Shown: positions 50,891 to 64,000 of the stretch, in pieces
How the letters are laid out: each line of letters begins with the position of its first letter
Position numbering within the stretch: the stretch's first letter is position 1
Assembly (NCBI GenBank): GCA_043228905.1
Contig: JBHGNT010000130.1
Location: forward strand, 1 to 64,000
Source of the DNA: Azolla caroliniana
Lineage: Eukaryota; Plantae; Polypodiophyta
DNA length: 64,000 nucleotides
Reading direction: 5' to 3'
Notes under the pieces: model-generated
What the model saw: the letters and a program-made list of their open reading frames with translations, nothing else
Told to the model about the DNA's origin: nothing
The model's database searches: none
Position numbers and translations under genes: made by a program

Positions 50891-53800
50891 ATGCATATTG
50901 AGAGGAGTTTAGATCCGAGGGTGTGACTAATAACGAAACTACTAAAGAACATGTTATTGTGTATCGGGCAGTTCGTCACACATTCGACATCGCGTTTTCT
51001 GTAAAGGTGCATACAAAGGAGATAATCTTTGTCGAGGAGTGTACCTCTTTGTTTTCTAAACATTGTGGGGTGGAAATTGTGGAGTAGTTTAAAATTTAAG
51101 GTTAGAGCTCTAGGACACTACAAGGGACACATTTGACAAAAAGTTGGTAACTCCAAACATTTCAAATATGACCAATGTTTCGTGTGCCATAGATACATAG
51201 AATTGTAAAATCATACATGTATACATACCTTCACGCACACACACACACACACATATCTATGCATATGCATCTACATATAAACATATCAGCGTACGACATA
51301 CCTACCTACATACGTAACTGCATACATATGCATGCTTCTAATCACACATGTTTCTTGGTAGTACCTTTTGGGCCAGGTTGAGATAGACCTTGGTGTTGGC
51401 CCCATTGATGAGCCCTAGTTTGTTTTGGGAATCTCTCTTAGTGGGGGAAAGAACATGGATTAAAGGTACCATACCTCCATATGAACATCACATCTTGAGC
51501 ACCTAATTAAAACGCTTCAAGAAACATTCATATGAATGAAACGATGTTAAAACATTTGAATGAAATGTTGGATGCTTTGCCTTGATCACCACACTTGTCC
51601 AACTAGTAGCGAGGGATATATGTGGTTCCTTAGTAACACCATCCTATTCCAAATTGAATACTTCTTAATGTCCACAATTGACTTTATTCATTTAAAAATG
51701 AGTATCGTTCTAAATACAAAATGTTATAATGGCCAATCATAAACATGCAGCAAACCAACTAGATTTACCCTTAAAGCATTCCAATAAGATAGTAACACCA
51801 TCCTATTCCAAATTGTATACTTCTTAATGTCCACAATTGACTTTATTCATTTCAAAATGATTATCATTCTAAATACAAAATGTCATAAAGGCCAATCATA
51901 AACATGTAGCAAACCAACTAGATCTACCCTTAAAGCATTCCAATCAGATAGTACTGGAAATCTTGAAGTCCTAGAATATTCAAAACTTTGTGCATGTCAT
52001 GCGTATATGTATATTTGTTCACCTATTTAACAAATATTATAAAAAACTCGAACCATAATATGTTAAGTCGTTTTTTAAAACGGCTTAAACCGTGCACTAT
52101 TAAGCTAACGAATGTTCATACCAAACCAAATCACCTTAGACCCCTCAAACCACATCGAATTATTTATATGTTTTCCAACTTGATTTGAAACAAACCCAAC
52201 CATTTAAACCATTAAGTTGTTAAGCCACACTTTACGGGATTCATTTTGCTCAAACTTGAACCATTGCTAATTGTTATAAAGACATGTATCTTAATTTTTG
52301 ACATCATTGTTTTGTCCAAAAGAACCTCTTTTATTGTTTAGTTAAAATAAGATAAGCATCAGATTTTTTAATTGATCTCAAAAATAAATAGTTACAAGAA
52401 CTCACTCAAAAAAAAATTCGGCTCTGCACCACCTCACACTCTTCTATTCATGATCATGCTCACAATGAATATGTTGGATAAGAACATGATAAGGAATTAT
52501 CATTATTTTCTCTTGAGTGTTTGATCGGATCGTCAACTAGATCTAGGCACATACACTCCTCATGTTCGACCTTCCTAACGTCGTTCATTCTATGCTTTAC
52601 TTAAAATGCAGAAGTGGTGTGGGTGAAAGCAAGCTATAGTGTACTCACTTTTGGCCAAATTTCTAGTACTTATTTGTTGAATCTAAAAAGCATATAAACT
52701 TTAAATTAATCCAAGATTTAGGAATAAAAAGTTGATCATCACTTCTCCTAAAGTTAAAAGTCACATTTAATGAGATTTTTTCTTTCAAATAAAAATACAC
52801 TCACACACATCGGTTTACTCTTATGTGTGTGCCCATGTTTCCCCCATAGTCCAATCATGTGCATGTAAGGTTGTTAGTGCATATGTCGTGGTACAGTTGT
52901 ATGGAATTATTATCACTAGAAAGATCTCTCTCTCTCTCTCATTTGGTGAAAACACACAATTATATTAATAAATGTGTGTGGAAACATTACTTACAATGGG
53001 TGTGACAATGGAACATCATCACCCACTAACTACACTACACGTGTAGTGGAACATGTTGAATTGCCAATAGGCAAGACGAACAATCCACTGAGGAAAGAAT
53101 TTCCACTTGCTCCAATAAAGAAAATTGCCACGTTAGTACTCCCTTCAACTTTTGTAGATATGCTTTCACTCCATGTCTACCATCGAATACAAAAGCGTTG
53201 CGCATATTCCAATTATGACACAATCCCCAATATCTCAGAAATAGAAAAACGATCTCCATCTCTTATTTTGGATCAACCTGTGTAAATTGTGCAAACACCG
53301 ACTATCTAGGTGTCAAATAACACACGCGATAAGACTTACCAAAATTGAGAAATGTAACCCCAAATCTGACAAGCAATCAGACATTGTATATAAATCGATG
53401 AGTACTATCTTCCATTTGAACAATGCAAAAAAACCAATTACCCGTCGCTAATCCACGACGCTTTAGAGCTAATCCCAAATACAATCCTCTAATCAAAACT
53501 CTCCAAATTAAGACCTTAGATGATCAAATTTGTAAGATTTGCCACCACCCATGATCAAATTTGTGTATTCTCTATTCTTCTTTAGCCTTAGATGATAATC
53601 ATCCAAGAGACTAAGCAAAGCAATGACACAAAAGATTAGTAGTCACTTGTAGCAACGACGCTTGACCCTTTAAACACCAATCAATCCACGATTGTTCTCC
53701 TATTTGTAGAGGTAAGGGACCTTGCATCAATGGAATATTTTGTAGTTGTTGCCAAATAAACCGATAATTAGGTGGAATGCGTAATAATTATCACGCTTCA

Positions 53801-56800
53801 ACAAACTCAAAAATTCTTTGAGATAAAGCCTCAACTATATCTCCCACCTCTTTGACCCCCAAACGATTAAATTGAGAGCGCAATCTCTCCTTTCCTAGCC
53901 AACATAATAATCTTCCACAATAAATATTGAAGAGGTTGCAAAATAGAATGCAAAGCCTTCTTTGTCCATGGCAACAATGGCAAGTAATATAATATCATGG
54001 GTTCCATAATACATTGTACAACCTTCAAAAGTACATGAAATGGCCAAGATTGTGCCATCCAATACATGAACTTATTCCTCAACTTGCTAGACATCCATTC
54101 AATCAATTGACCATTTGTAACATTCATTCCTAATGCATATCCCAAGTGTCAAAAAATAGAGTCTTTGTTCACCACAAATACTTGCCATCCTAAACATTCC
54201 AAATCCTTTTCAATACATGATATGAGACTAGACTTCCTCCAATTAATATGTAATCCGGAAGCCAATGCAAATTGGTTCCATACAAGCATCCCCTTCTCAA
54301 GATTTGCTCACGAGGCTTGTAGAAACATGAAAGAATCATCAACCAAAGCTTGTGCTACAAGTTGCCCTCCAGACGGAAGGTTTAGACCCACAATGTCACC
54401 ATTTGTTGCAAACCTTGATAACATCACTAACAAGGGATGAGTAACAACAACAAACAACAATGGACTAAGAGGGCTTCCTTCATGAATGAATCTTGTGTGA
54501 AGGAAATATCTAATATAACTCGGGACCCCCATTAAGGATTACCGAGACACCGCATCTTGTCCTAATAAAAATATGAGGCGAGACATGAGGTCCAAAGCAC
54601 ATTGTATCCATTAAACTAGAAACAAAGGAACAATGAACATGATCATAAGCTTTCTCCATATCTAATTGCACAATAATCAATTCTTGATGATTGTTTTGAG
54701 CATAATCCATGGCCATTTGAACATTCAACACATTATGCAATATATTCCTCCCTGCAACAAAACCATATTGGGCAGGATGTATCAACTTTGGAAAATACTT
54801 TTGTAATCTATTTGCCAAGACCTTTGTATCAACTCCACCATCAAAGAAATAGGTCTCCATTAATGAAATGATTTGGGAGATGTCACCTTTGGAACTATTT
54901 TGATTAGACGAACCTTCCAAGCTTGAGGCATATGACGAGAATCCCAAGAATGTTGAAACATCAAACTTAAGGACCCCTTAAAAATGTTGGAATATCGCTT
55001 AAAAACTTCATTTGTTAAGCCATCCCAACTAGGGCTCTTAACACTCAGAAGATGCCTTAAAACTGTGTCCACGTCATCCTCAGTGAAATCCGCATCCAAT
55101 TCATGACTAATGAGGTCATGTAGAATAAATGTTCAATTCGGAGACGCTGAACCAACAAAAGGCCCAGTGGAAGAGGCGCAAACACCGCGACAACAAGGGT
55201 GCTGAGAAAGGCCGCATGAGCCGACAAGCCGACAGGAAGGGTCGAGGTGCGCGGAATTGAACGGGTCGAGGAGCGCGAGCGAGGCGTGAAGCCAGGAGAA
55301 GCCGGAATGAAAATCCGAAAGAGCAGGCGGAACCTCAAGTTGAGCTTGAGGGGGAGTGTTGAGATACAAGCTCAACATTGGGTGCATAAACCGGTGCGTA
55401 AACCGGGTGAGCAACGAGAGGCCGTAGCGGTGCTCAAACCGGGAGGCCGTTGGATAGATATTCCGTGGAGGAATATATTCTTGGGAGTTAGTGTAAGGGC
55501 TCATTCATGAGCATTGAAGTACGACGTGTCGGTACTTCCATTAGTTTGTATGGACTTGTATAAAAGTGCTCTCTAAGCACATCCTATGTATAGAGTTTTT
55601 TAGAGTATTATTTTGGAATAGAGTTTTTTGTGTTCTGCTCTCTCTGTCTCTCCTGCGTACATTGTGTTGATTAGGCTTTCCATTAGACTAGGACTTGATG
55701 ACATGTAGATGTGGTAAGCTCAACTTGTGCAAAAAAAACTCTACTCACTGGACTCGATGAAATGGAACTAGGACTATGAACTAGCTCTATAGATCTAGGA
55801 TAGTCCAACCAAATGGCTTTTATTTTGCCTGGACTTACTCGTTTAATACATCCTCTAATTGACTGAAGACATCGAATCAATTCTCATGTCATGGACTATT
55901 AGGCTTACTTATGTTATTAGAAGTAACAATGGAACTGGAATTAGGGATGTCAAGTGCACTTACTTGGTATAATTGACATCTAGGCTTATGTGGACAATTC
56001 ACGACTATATGTCCTGGACTACCGCAATATAGGCAAAGGCGGTGTGCTCGATATCGTTGTTTCTTAGCACGTGATAAAGGCCTCGACTTTGTGTTGACTC
56101 TATTTCCATCGGAGTTGGGCCATCTGTTGTAATGGATCTGGACACTTGTGGAGGTGTTGTGACTATAGAAGCATATATTTGTTCTTGTTGGTGGCGTAAC
56201 ATTTTTTGGCGCTCAGAACGTCGCTCAAATACGTGATTATCACATTGCACGACTCGACTAATGGCCTCATTAAGAGACTTCGAGTCTTCGTGGAAAGTAA
56301 GAAGAAGATCTTTGACATTATTATGCAAACCTTGACAGAATTGATCCATTAAGTCCACCTCATCCCAAGGATATCGCATGCCAAAAGACGAAAATCTGTT
56401 GCATAAGCTGACGTGAGACGATCTCTTTGTCGAAGACTTCGAATCTTGTTTATCACCGTCCTAGTGTTGTTGGTGTCTCCAAAACTAGCTTTAAAATCCT
56501 TAACAAATGCCTCAACATCCTTAAGCAACGGTGATTTCTTCTCTCGAAGTGGTGCAAACCATGCTGATGTCATACCACATAGCAATGTTCCCACTAATCC
56601 CACATGGGCAGCATCAGTTGGATACCGATTGGGATGTAACTGAATAACCAAACAGACTTGATTCAAAAAGCCTCGAAATAAAGACCTCCTACCATCAAAC
56701 TTGGTAGGGAGGCTAATCTTTGATTCTCGAGGGGAGTTTTGAGCCCCAACCGCTTGTTCTTGTAATGACAATATAGTAGCCTCGAGTTGGTAAACCCGTT

Positions 56801-57853
56801 GTTGTGCCTTTCGACGCCCGATCATTGCGCTCGGCCACCGTCATCATGTTGTTAGCCTCTTGTTGATTCTCCATCTCCTTGTGACCCGTTTTCATGACGG
56901 GTTCACCAAATGTGTCATGCATTTCGGCGCCGGATCGTTGTGTGAGTCGGGTGGGAATCGCTGGGATTTTCAACTAGGAGGAGGAAGAATTTGAAATGAG
57001 TCTAATTATGAATATATTGCAAGAAAGAGAGATAGGGAACTCGTGAATTCCACGAGTATAACATATTAATCAATATTTAGAAAAGGATATGAATTTACAT
57101 TGAAAGACAGTAATAGATAGAAAACATCATGAATCCCCATGAATATAATATAGTAATCAACCCTTATGAAGGAAAATCAACCCCCTTACAATTTGCCCCC
57201 CACCCCTATATAGTGATGGGAGAGACCAAGTATATAGTAATCCATGCTTTTCTTAACTATAGACCTCATGCTTTTTTCCTTCTAATAACAATGTTCATGC
57301 ACGTGAGATACATGCATGAATTGCTTTTTCGATCATTCGTTTTCTTTTGATTAAAGTTTTATGCACTCTACGTGTAAAAGTAGCTTTTTCTAAAAATTAT
57401 ACATAAAATAATCTTTGTATGTGGGATATCTACTTGTCTAACAGTAATGATGTGTTAGTATAATGGTAAAGCTATAGCTCATTAACATGGAGGTATAGGG
57501 TTTGAATCTTACCGTATGCATGTAACATACATTTTAATATTTTCTTCGGTTTCTTCATATTTATCCAATTAGTTATTGTATACGTTTTTCAGGTACTGTA
57601 CAAATTACCCTACGACACCATTGTGGTAACTCTTCATATTGTTGAGCTTTCTCGGTACTCATTTTTTGTAGGTCTACATGTAGCCTTTGATTTTCATGCT
57701 CTAATGCCACAAATTTATTCGTGAGCATGTCGAGCTCAGAAAGAACACGCATACATTCTTGTTTGCTTAGGACTCCATAACTTACGAGGGGAGGAGAAGA
57801 AAGAAGAGAACTTGTTGGAAGAGGGAGAAATGAAAAATTGGTTCAAACTGTCA

Positions 57854-57891
<38 letters not shown>

Positions 57892-58211
57892 GAAAACAAA
57901 ATATTGTAGTGCACTTGTCATGATATAGCATGGTATGGCATTAAAAGGATTCAAACCCATAACCTAGTGTCACATGGGATGAAGCCCTACCATTAAACTA
58001 TATATTATAATACAAAAAATATTGGTTTCATTTATTATTTCACTATAGAAAATTGGTGTATATTCCAAATTTCTCTAGAACATTCTAGAAACTTCAGGAG
58101 TATAAAAAGAGGCACAAGGCATTATTTCGAATCAATTCGGTTCAACGCCAGTCTTAAGCCTCCTAGCTATTCTTGTACTTACTCTTCATATAATATATCA
58201 CATGTTATCAC

Positions 58212-58245
<34 letters not shown>

Positions 58246-60839
58246 GTCTCTCTCTCTCCCTCTGATGAGTCTTACACATTCCCTTCCGCTTAGTACTAAT
58301 CCTCAGTACTTTCCTTCCCTAGTGCTAATTCTCTCTCTATTTTTAGTAGTACATTCCTAACCGTTTGAACCGAATTGAGTCATCCTCTTATCCCTCCTTC
58401 CCTTCATACTAATCCTCTTATCCTCCCTAGTAAATGGCAATTGTTAGCACTCAAGAATACCAATATGTTTTCTCGGAGTTCCAATGCTTAAAAGAGAAGT
58501 TTGTAGCACTAGAACAAGAAAATCATCGTCTGTTGGGGGATCTTCAACAAATAGCTCTAAAAGAACAACAACACGGGGAGCTAACGTTATGTTTGCAACA
58601 ACTTCAAGCGACTATTGTATCATGACAACAAGGATCAAGTGCTCAAGGTGACAGGAATTCTACGTCCCGTATGCGCAACGCTCGGCCACAACCAAGCTTA
58701 GAATCATACACACAGAAAAACGGTAAAGGAATGCACGACACGAAGAAGAGAAGAGTACACATGATGTTTACGTGAAAATCCCAAACTAAGGGGAAAAACA
58801 ACGGCAGCCCACAGGCTGCAAACTATCACTATGTTAGAATGTACAACAGTGAGTTCACGGAGGCAACGACCTCGTGCTCACGATCTTCGCCACAGGCGGC
58901 GGTTACAACAAAGGCAACGACCTCTTTCTCTCTCTCTCTCTCTCTGTACACTATTACGCGCTCTCTCTCTCCTTGCACCAACAAGAATGACAACAACCCT
59001 TCACAAAAGTTTGCCCTAAGTCATATTTATACTAATATGAATTTTCGGCTATTTACAAATATAGCCTCGATGGACTCTCAGAAACATATTTACGAATATG
59101 TCTCTTCATCCGGTGAGCATTCCTCACCGGGTCTGCACCATCCGGCTCTCCGTAGCCGGGTACTCCTCATTCGGTTCTCACCGGGTCTGCACCATCCGGT
59201 TCTACATAGCCGGGTACTCCTCATCCGATTCTCACCGGGTTTGCACCATCTGGCTTTCCGTAGCCGGGTACTCCTCATCTGGTTTCCACTGGGTCTGCAC
59301 CATTCGGCTCTCCATAGCCGGGTACTCCTCATCCGGTTTTGGCCTATCGGGCTCGGCCGAGTTTGCTCATCAGCACTGTTCTTCTCCCTTCCCATCCGGA
59401 GGGACCTGTCTCCCAACACAAGGGACTCACAAAGAACCCAAGATTGGTCTTCCTATAAAATTTGATGGAACCCAATCACAGTTTAGAGGTTTTCTTAATT
59501 ATTATCACTAAAAAGATCTCTCTCTCTCTCTCTCTCTCATTTGGTGAAAACACACAATTATATTAATAAATGAGTATGGAAACACTACTTACAATTGGTG
59601 TGACAATGGAATATAATCACCCACTAAACCCTAAACCAAACAGACTTGATTCAAAAAGCCTCGAAATAAAGACCTCCTACCATCAATCTTGGTAGGGAGG
59701 CTAATCTTTGATTCTTGAGGGGAGTTTGGAGCCCCAATTGCTTGTTCTTGTAATGACAATATAGTAGCCTCGAGTTGGTGAACCCATTGTCGTGCCTTTC
59801 GACGCCCGATCATTGCGCTCGGACACCGTCATCATGCTGTTAGCCTCTTCTTGATTCTCCATCTCCTTGCGACCCGTTTTCATGCCGGGTTCACCAAATG
59901 TGTCATGCCTTTCGGCGCCGGATCATTGTGTGAGTCGGGTGAGAATCGCTGGGATTTTCAACTAGGAGGAGGAAGAATTTGAAATGAGTCTAATTATGAA
60001 TATATTGCAAGAAAGAGAGATAGGGAACTCGTGAATTCCACGAGTATAACATATTAATCAATATTTAGAAAACGATATGAATTTAGATTGAAAGACAGTA
60101 ATAGATAGAAAACATCATGAATCCCCACGAATATAATATATTAATCAACCCTTATGAAGGAAAATCAACCCCCTTACAATTTGCCCCCCATCCCTATATA
60201 GTGATGGGAGAGACCAAGTATATAGTAATCCATGCTTTTCTTAACTATAGACCTCATGCTTTTTTCCTTCTAATAACAATGTTCATGCACGTGAGATACA
60301 TGCATGAATTGCTTTTTCGATCATTCGTTTTCATTTGATTAAAGTTTTATGCACTCTACGTGTAAAAGTAGCTTTTCCTAAAAATTATACATAAAATAAT
60401 CTTTGTATGTGGGATATCTACTTGTCTAACAGTAATGATGTGTTAGTATAATGGTAAAGCTATAGCTCATTAACATGGAGGTATAGGGTTTGAATCCTAC
60501 CGTATGCATGTAACATACATTTTAATATTTTCTTCGGTTTCTTCATATTTATCCAATTAGTTATTGTATACGTTTTTCAGGTACTGTACAAATTACACTA
60601 CGACACCATTGTGGTAACTCTTCATATTGTTGAGCTTTTTTAGTACTCACTTTTTATAGGTCTACAAGTAGCCTTTGATTTTCATGCTCTAATGCCACAA
60701 ATTTATTCGTGAGCATGTCGAGCTCAGAAAGAACACACATACATTCTTGTTTGCTTAGGACTCCATAATTTACGAGGGGAGGAGAAGAAAGAAGAGAACT
60801 TGTTGGAAGAGGGAGAAATGAAAAATTGGTTCAAACTGT

Positions 60840-60885
<46 letters not shown>

Positions 60886-63800
60886 GAAAACAAAATATTG
60901 TAGTGCACTTGTCATGATATAGCATGGTATGGCATTAAAAGGATTGAAACCCATAAGCTAGTGTCACATGGGTTGAAGCCCTACCAGTGCTTAAAAGAGA
61001 AGTTTGTAGCACTAGAACAAGAAAATCATCGTCTGTTGGGGGATCTCCAACAAATAGCTCTAGATAAACAACAAGAACATGGGGAGCTAACGTTACGTGT
61101 GCAACAACTTAAAGTGACTATTGTATCATGACAACAAGGATCAAGCGCTCAAGGGACTCACAAAGAACCCAAGATTGGCTATTGCATTAAGTAATGATTT
61201 CTCTGCACCCATATAAGCTGCAAAGACCTGAATCTGATGTGGTTGTAGGAGACAATGTGATTGTTGATTGTAGGTGTCATCTCCTGGTCGAATTTCGAAT
61301 TCCAAATGTCAAAATAGGGCATCGTCTTTACCATGTTGGGCACCGGGACGAAAAACAATTTGAAAGTCATAGTCAGCCAACAAGGTCGACCATTGCGCTT
61401 GCCTCCGGTTCAAAATGCAAGTAGTGGTGAAGTAGACGAGGTTCTTGTGATCGGTCACCACTTGGACACGGTGTTGGGCGCCTGCTAAGTAAGGACGCCA
61501 TTCTTCAAAGGCTGCAATAATGGTAGAGAGTTCTTTGTCATAAACTAGGTAGTTGATCTCGGGAGGTGTGAACATCCGAGAAAAAAAGGCAACAGGATGA
61601 AGAATCCCATTGTTATCTGATCGAGAGAGAATTGCACCGATGGCGAAGTCAAAGGCATCAGTTTCGATCGTAAATGGTTTGGTCAGATCTGGGTGTAGAA
61701 GTACCGGAGCCGAGGTAAAAGTTTTTTTTAGTGTCTCGAATGCTACTTGGGTTGTGGGAGTCCAGCAAAAAGGGGAATCCTTCCGAGTGAGTGCTATAAG
61801 TGGTTGCGCCAATGTAGAGAATCCTTGAATGAATCGACAATAGAAGTTGGCAAAACCCAAAAATGATTGCACATCCTTGACACTGGTGGGGACTTCCCAC
61901 TATTGAACCGTTTCGACTTTCTTCTCATCCATAGGATACCATCAGATGAAATGACATACCCGATGAATTCAACTGAGGTTCGATCAAACTCACACTTATC
62001 GGGTTTCGCATAAAGTCCATGTTCCCGAAGTTTGGTCAAGATAAGTCGAACATGCTTGGTGTGCTCTATGTAGTCCTGTGAGAAGATAAGTATGTCGTCG
62101 AGATAGATGACCACAAATTGGTCTAGACATTCTCGGAAGATGTCATTCATCATATGCTGGAAAACGGCAGGAGCATTTGTGAGACCAAATGGCATTACCA
62201 TGTGTTCAAAATGCCCATACCTGGTTCAAAATGCCGTTTTCCACTCATCTCCAGGCTTGACACAAACCAAGTTGTAGGCGCCTCTAAGATCGATTTTGGA
62301 GAATATACGCCCAGCCTGAAGTCGGTTTAGGAGTTCAGGGATTAGAGGTAGTGGATAGCGGTTTCGAACCATGACTCGATTGAGCCCGCGATAGTCGATA
62401 CATAGGCGCAACGTTCCATCTTCCTTTTCGACAAATAGAATACGAGAGCCAACTGGAGATTTCGAGTGGCGAATGACTCCATTTGTGAGATTCTCTTCAA
62501 TTTATATTTTGAGGGTCTTGAGTTCATGCTCACATAACCCATAGATAGGGCCAAATGGAGGACAAGTACCATCTTTCAAGTCAACTAGACAATCGTATGG
62601 GCGATGTTCGGGTAGATGATCAACATTTTTCTTCTCAAATACATCTGAGAAATCATTCTATTTTGATGGAAAAGAGCTAGTACATAGGGTAGTATCTGGA
62701 GTGGACATGACCGCCATGTCCTTAGAATTAGAAATGGATGCAATCAACATTGTATAGCTTACCCGAGCAAGAGTTGGAACGGTTTTCGAGGACAACACGA
62801 GACTATCTATCGATGTTGTTTCTATTGGAGCAACTGTTGACATGGTTCTCGTTCAAGAGGAAATGGGAGTGACCGATAACCTGGTCCTCACCGGAGCAGA
62901 AATGGGGTTGCCCCTGAAATATGGGTGGGAGCGACTGTTGACGCGGTTCTCACTGGAGCAGAAACTGGAATCGGAGCAACCATTGATGTGGTTCTCACTA
63001 GAGCCAAAACAGGAGTTGTCCCCAAAACATGAGTGGGAGCAACCGTTGAGACGGTCCTCACCGGAGTAGGCGGCGAAACAAACGGTGGATCATTGGCTCG
63101 AAGAAGGGTGGACGTAATACCTTATGAGTGAGAATTCAAGGTGAAATTGATGGTGTGAGAATTCAAGGTGAAATTCATTGGCTCGAAGATGTTTTTAAGG
63201 AGTCAATTAGAAGTTAAATGCACTACCTCTTACCAGGTTATGCACTTGGAAACGGGTGTTCGACCCATAGAACTATTGGCACTCCAAAGAGTATATAAAT
63301 ACATTACAAAAGTCAAGAATATGCCGAATCATCGATTACCACATCTTTCTTGGAATGTTGGATGTAAGCTACAAAAGAATCATAAAAGTAATATTCTCTC
63401 ATCTGGTTGGGTTATTGACATAAAGAAATAGTTTAGAAAATGGGGTGTGGATGATCTTTTAGAGCTTTTAGGCAATGCTATGCAATATGTAATGATTGAG
63501 AAAAGGTTGGTGGAATCATTAAGGATGAAGTGGGAGGATGCTAAGAGGAGAAAGCTAGAATACTACATTGCAAATCTGAACCCTGAATGTTGGTCTCAAT
63601 ATAAAGCAAGAATGTCTATTGATCGTATCCAACCTTATCTCATTACCAATATGCGTAGCAATGCTCGTAGAGCCCTTACACTACTTCGCGCTTGATCTCA
63701 CAAGTTAGGTATTGAAGGTGCATCATGGTATCAAAATGTAACAAATTTGAAGACATGTAAAGTATGCAATGAAGGCATGGTAGTGGATGAATGTCACTTG

Positions 63801-64000
63801 CTCTTCACATGCTCGACATATAGTGCAATTAGTTCAAGATATGTTGACATACTAAGAGGGAGTGATAACTTAAGATCCATACTTACGACACCACCTAGAA
63901 GCTTGAGCTCATATGTGTATGCTTTATTAACACATAGAGACTTTGTGCTTCAACATATAAATACCCCTTCTTAGGAAGGAGACATATATCAAGAACACAT

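Larger units (their letters stand above)
40652..64000. repeat. Tandem segmental duplication, unit B (runs off the window)
   Basis: Collinear with 1-32930. Lacks 11934-19229 and ~28341-32117; retains segments deleted in unit A (43049-43790 and ~56190-56670). Confidence 0.95.

Overview
Repeat-rich eukaryotic DNA, apparently from a land plant (spliced CYP71-clan P450, plant tRNA primer sites; a non-seed plant is my inference). The window is a ~40.65-kb tandem segmental duplication: unit A is 1-40651 and unit B runs from 40652 past the window end. Each unit has one intact 3-exon cytochrome P450 (535 aa) among nested transposons. Unit A alone carries a young, intact Ty3/gypsy element (11934-19229) with a tRNA-Trp primer site, a 4-bp TSD and a -1 frameshift pseudoknot. 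The main discovery is an 11.7-kb DNA transposon (33996-45713) with 30-bp TIRs, an AACT TSD and an empty paralogous site in the window. It encodes a Sola-like transposase and, divergently, an intron-containing ParB-like + beta-class N6-A/N4-C DNA methyltransferase gene of prokaryote/phage type, decayed in these copies. Other oddities: tRNA-derived A/B-box modules inside two unrelated LTR families, one LTR body shared by a Gypsy and a Copia element, Tf1-like self-priming signals, and repair junctions with templated or telomeric filler. All calls come from reading the sequence by eye; no searches were run.
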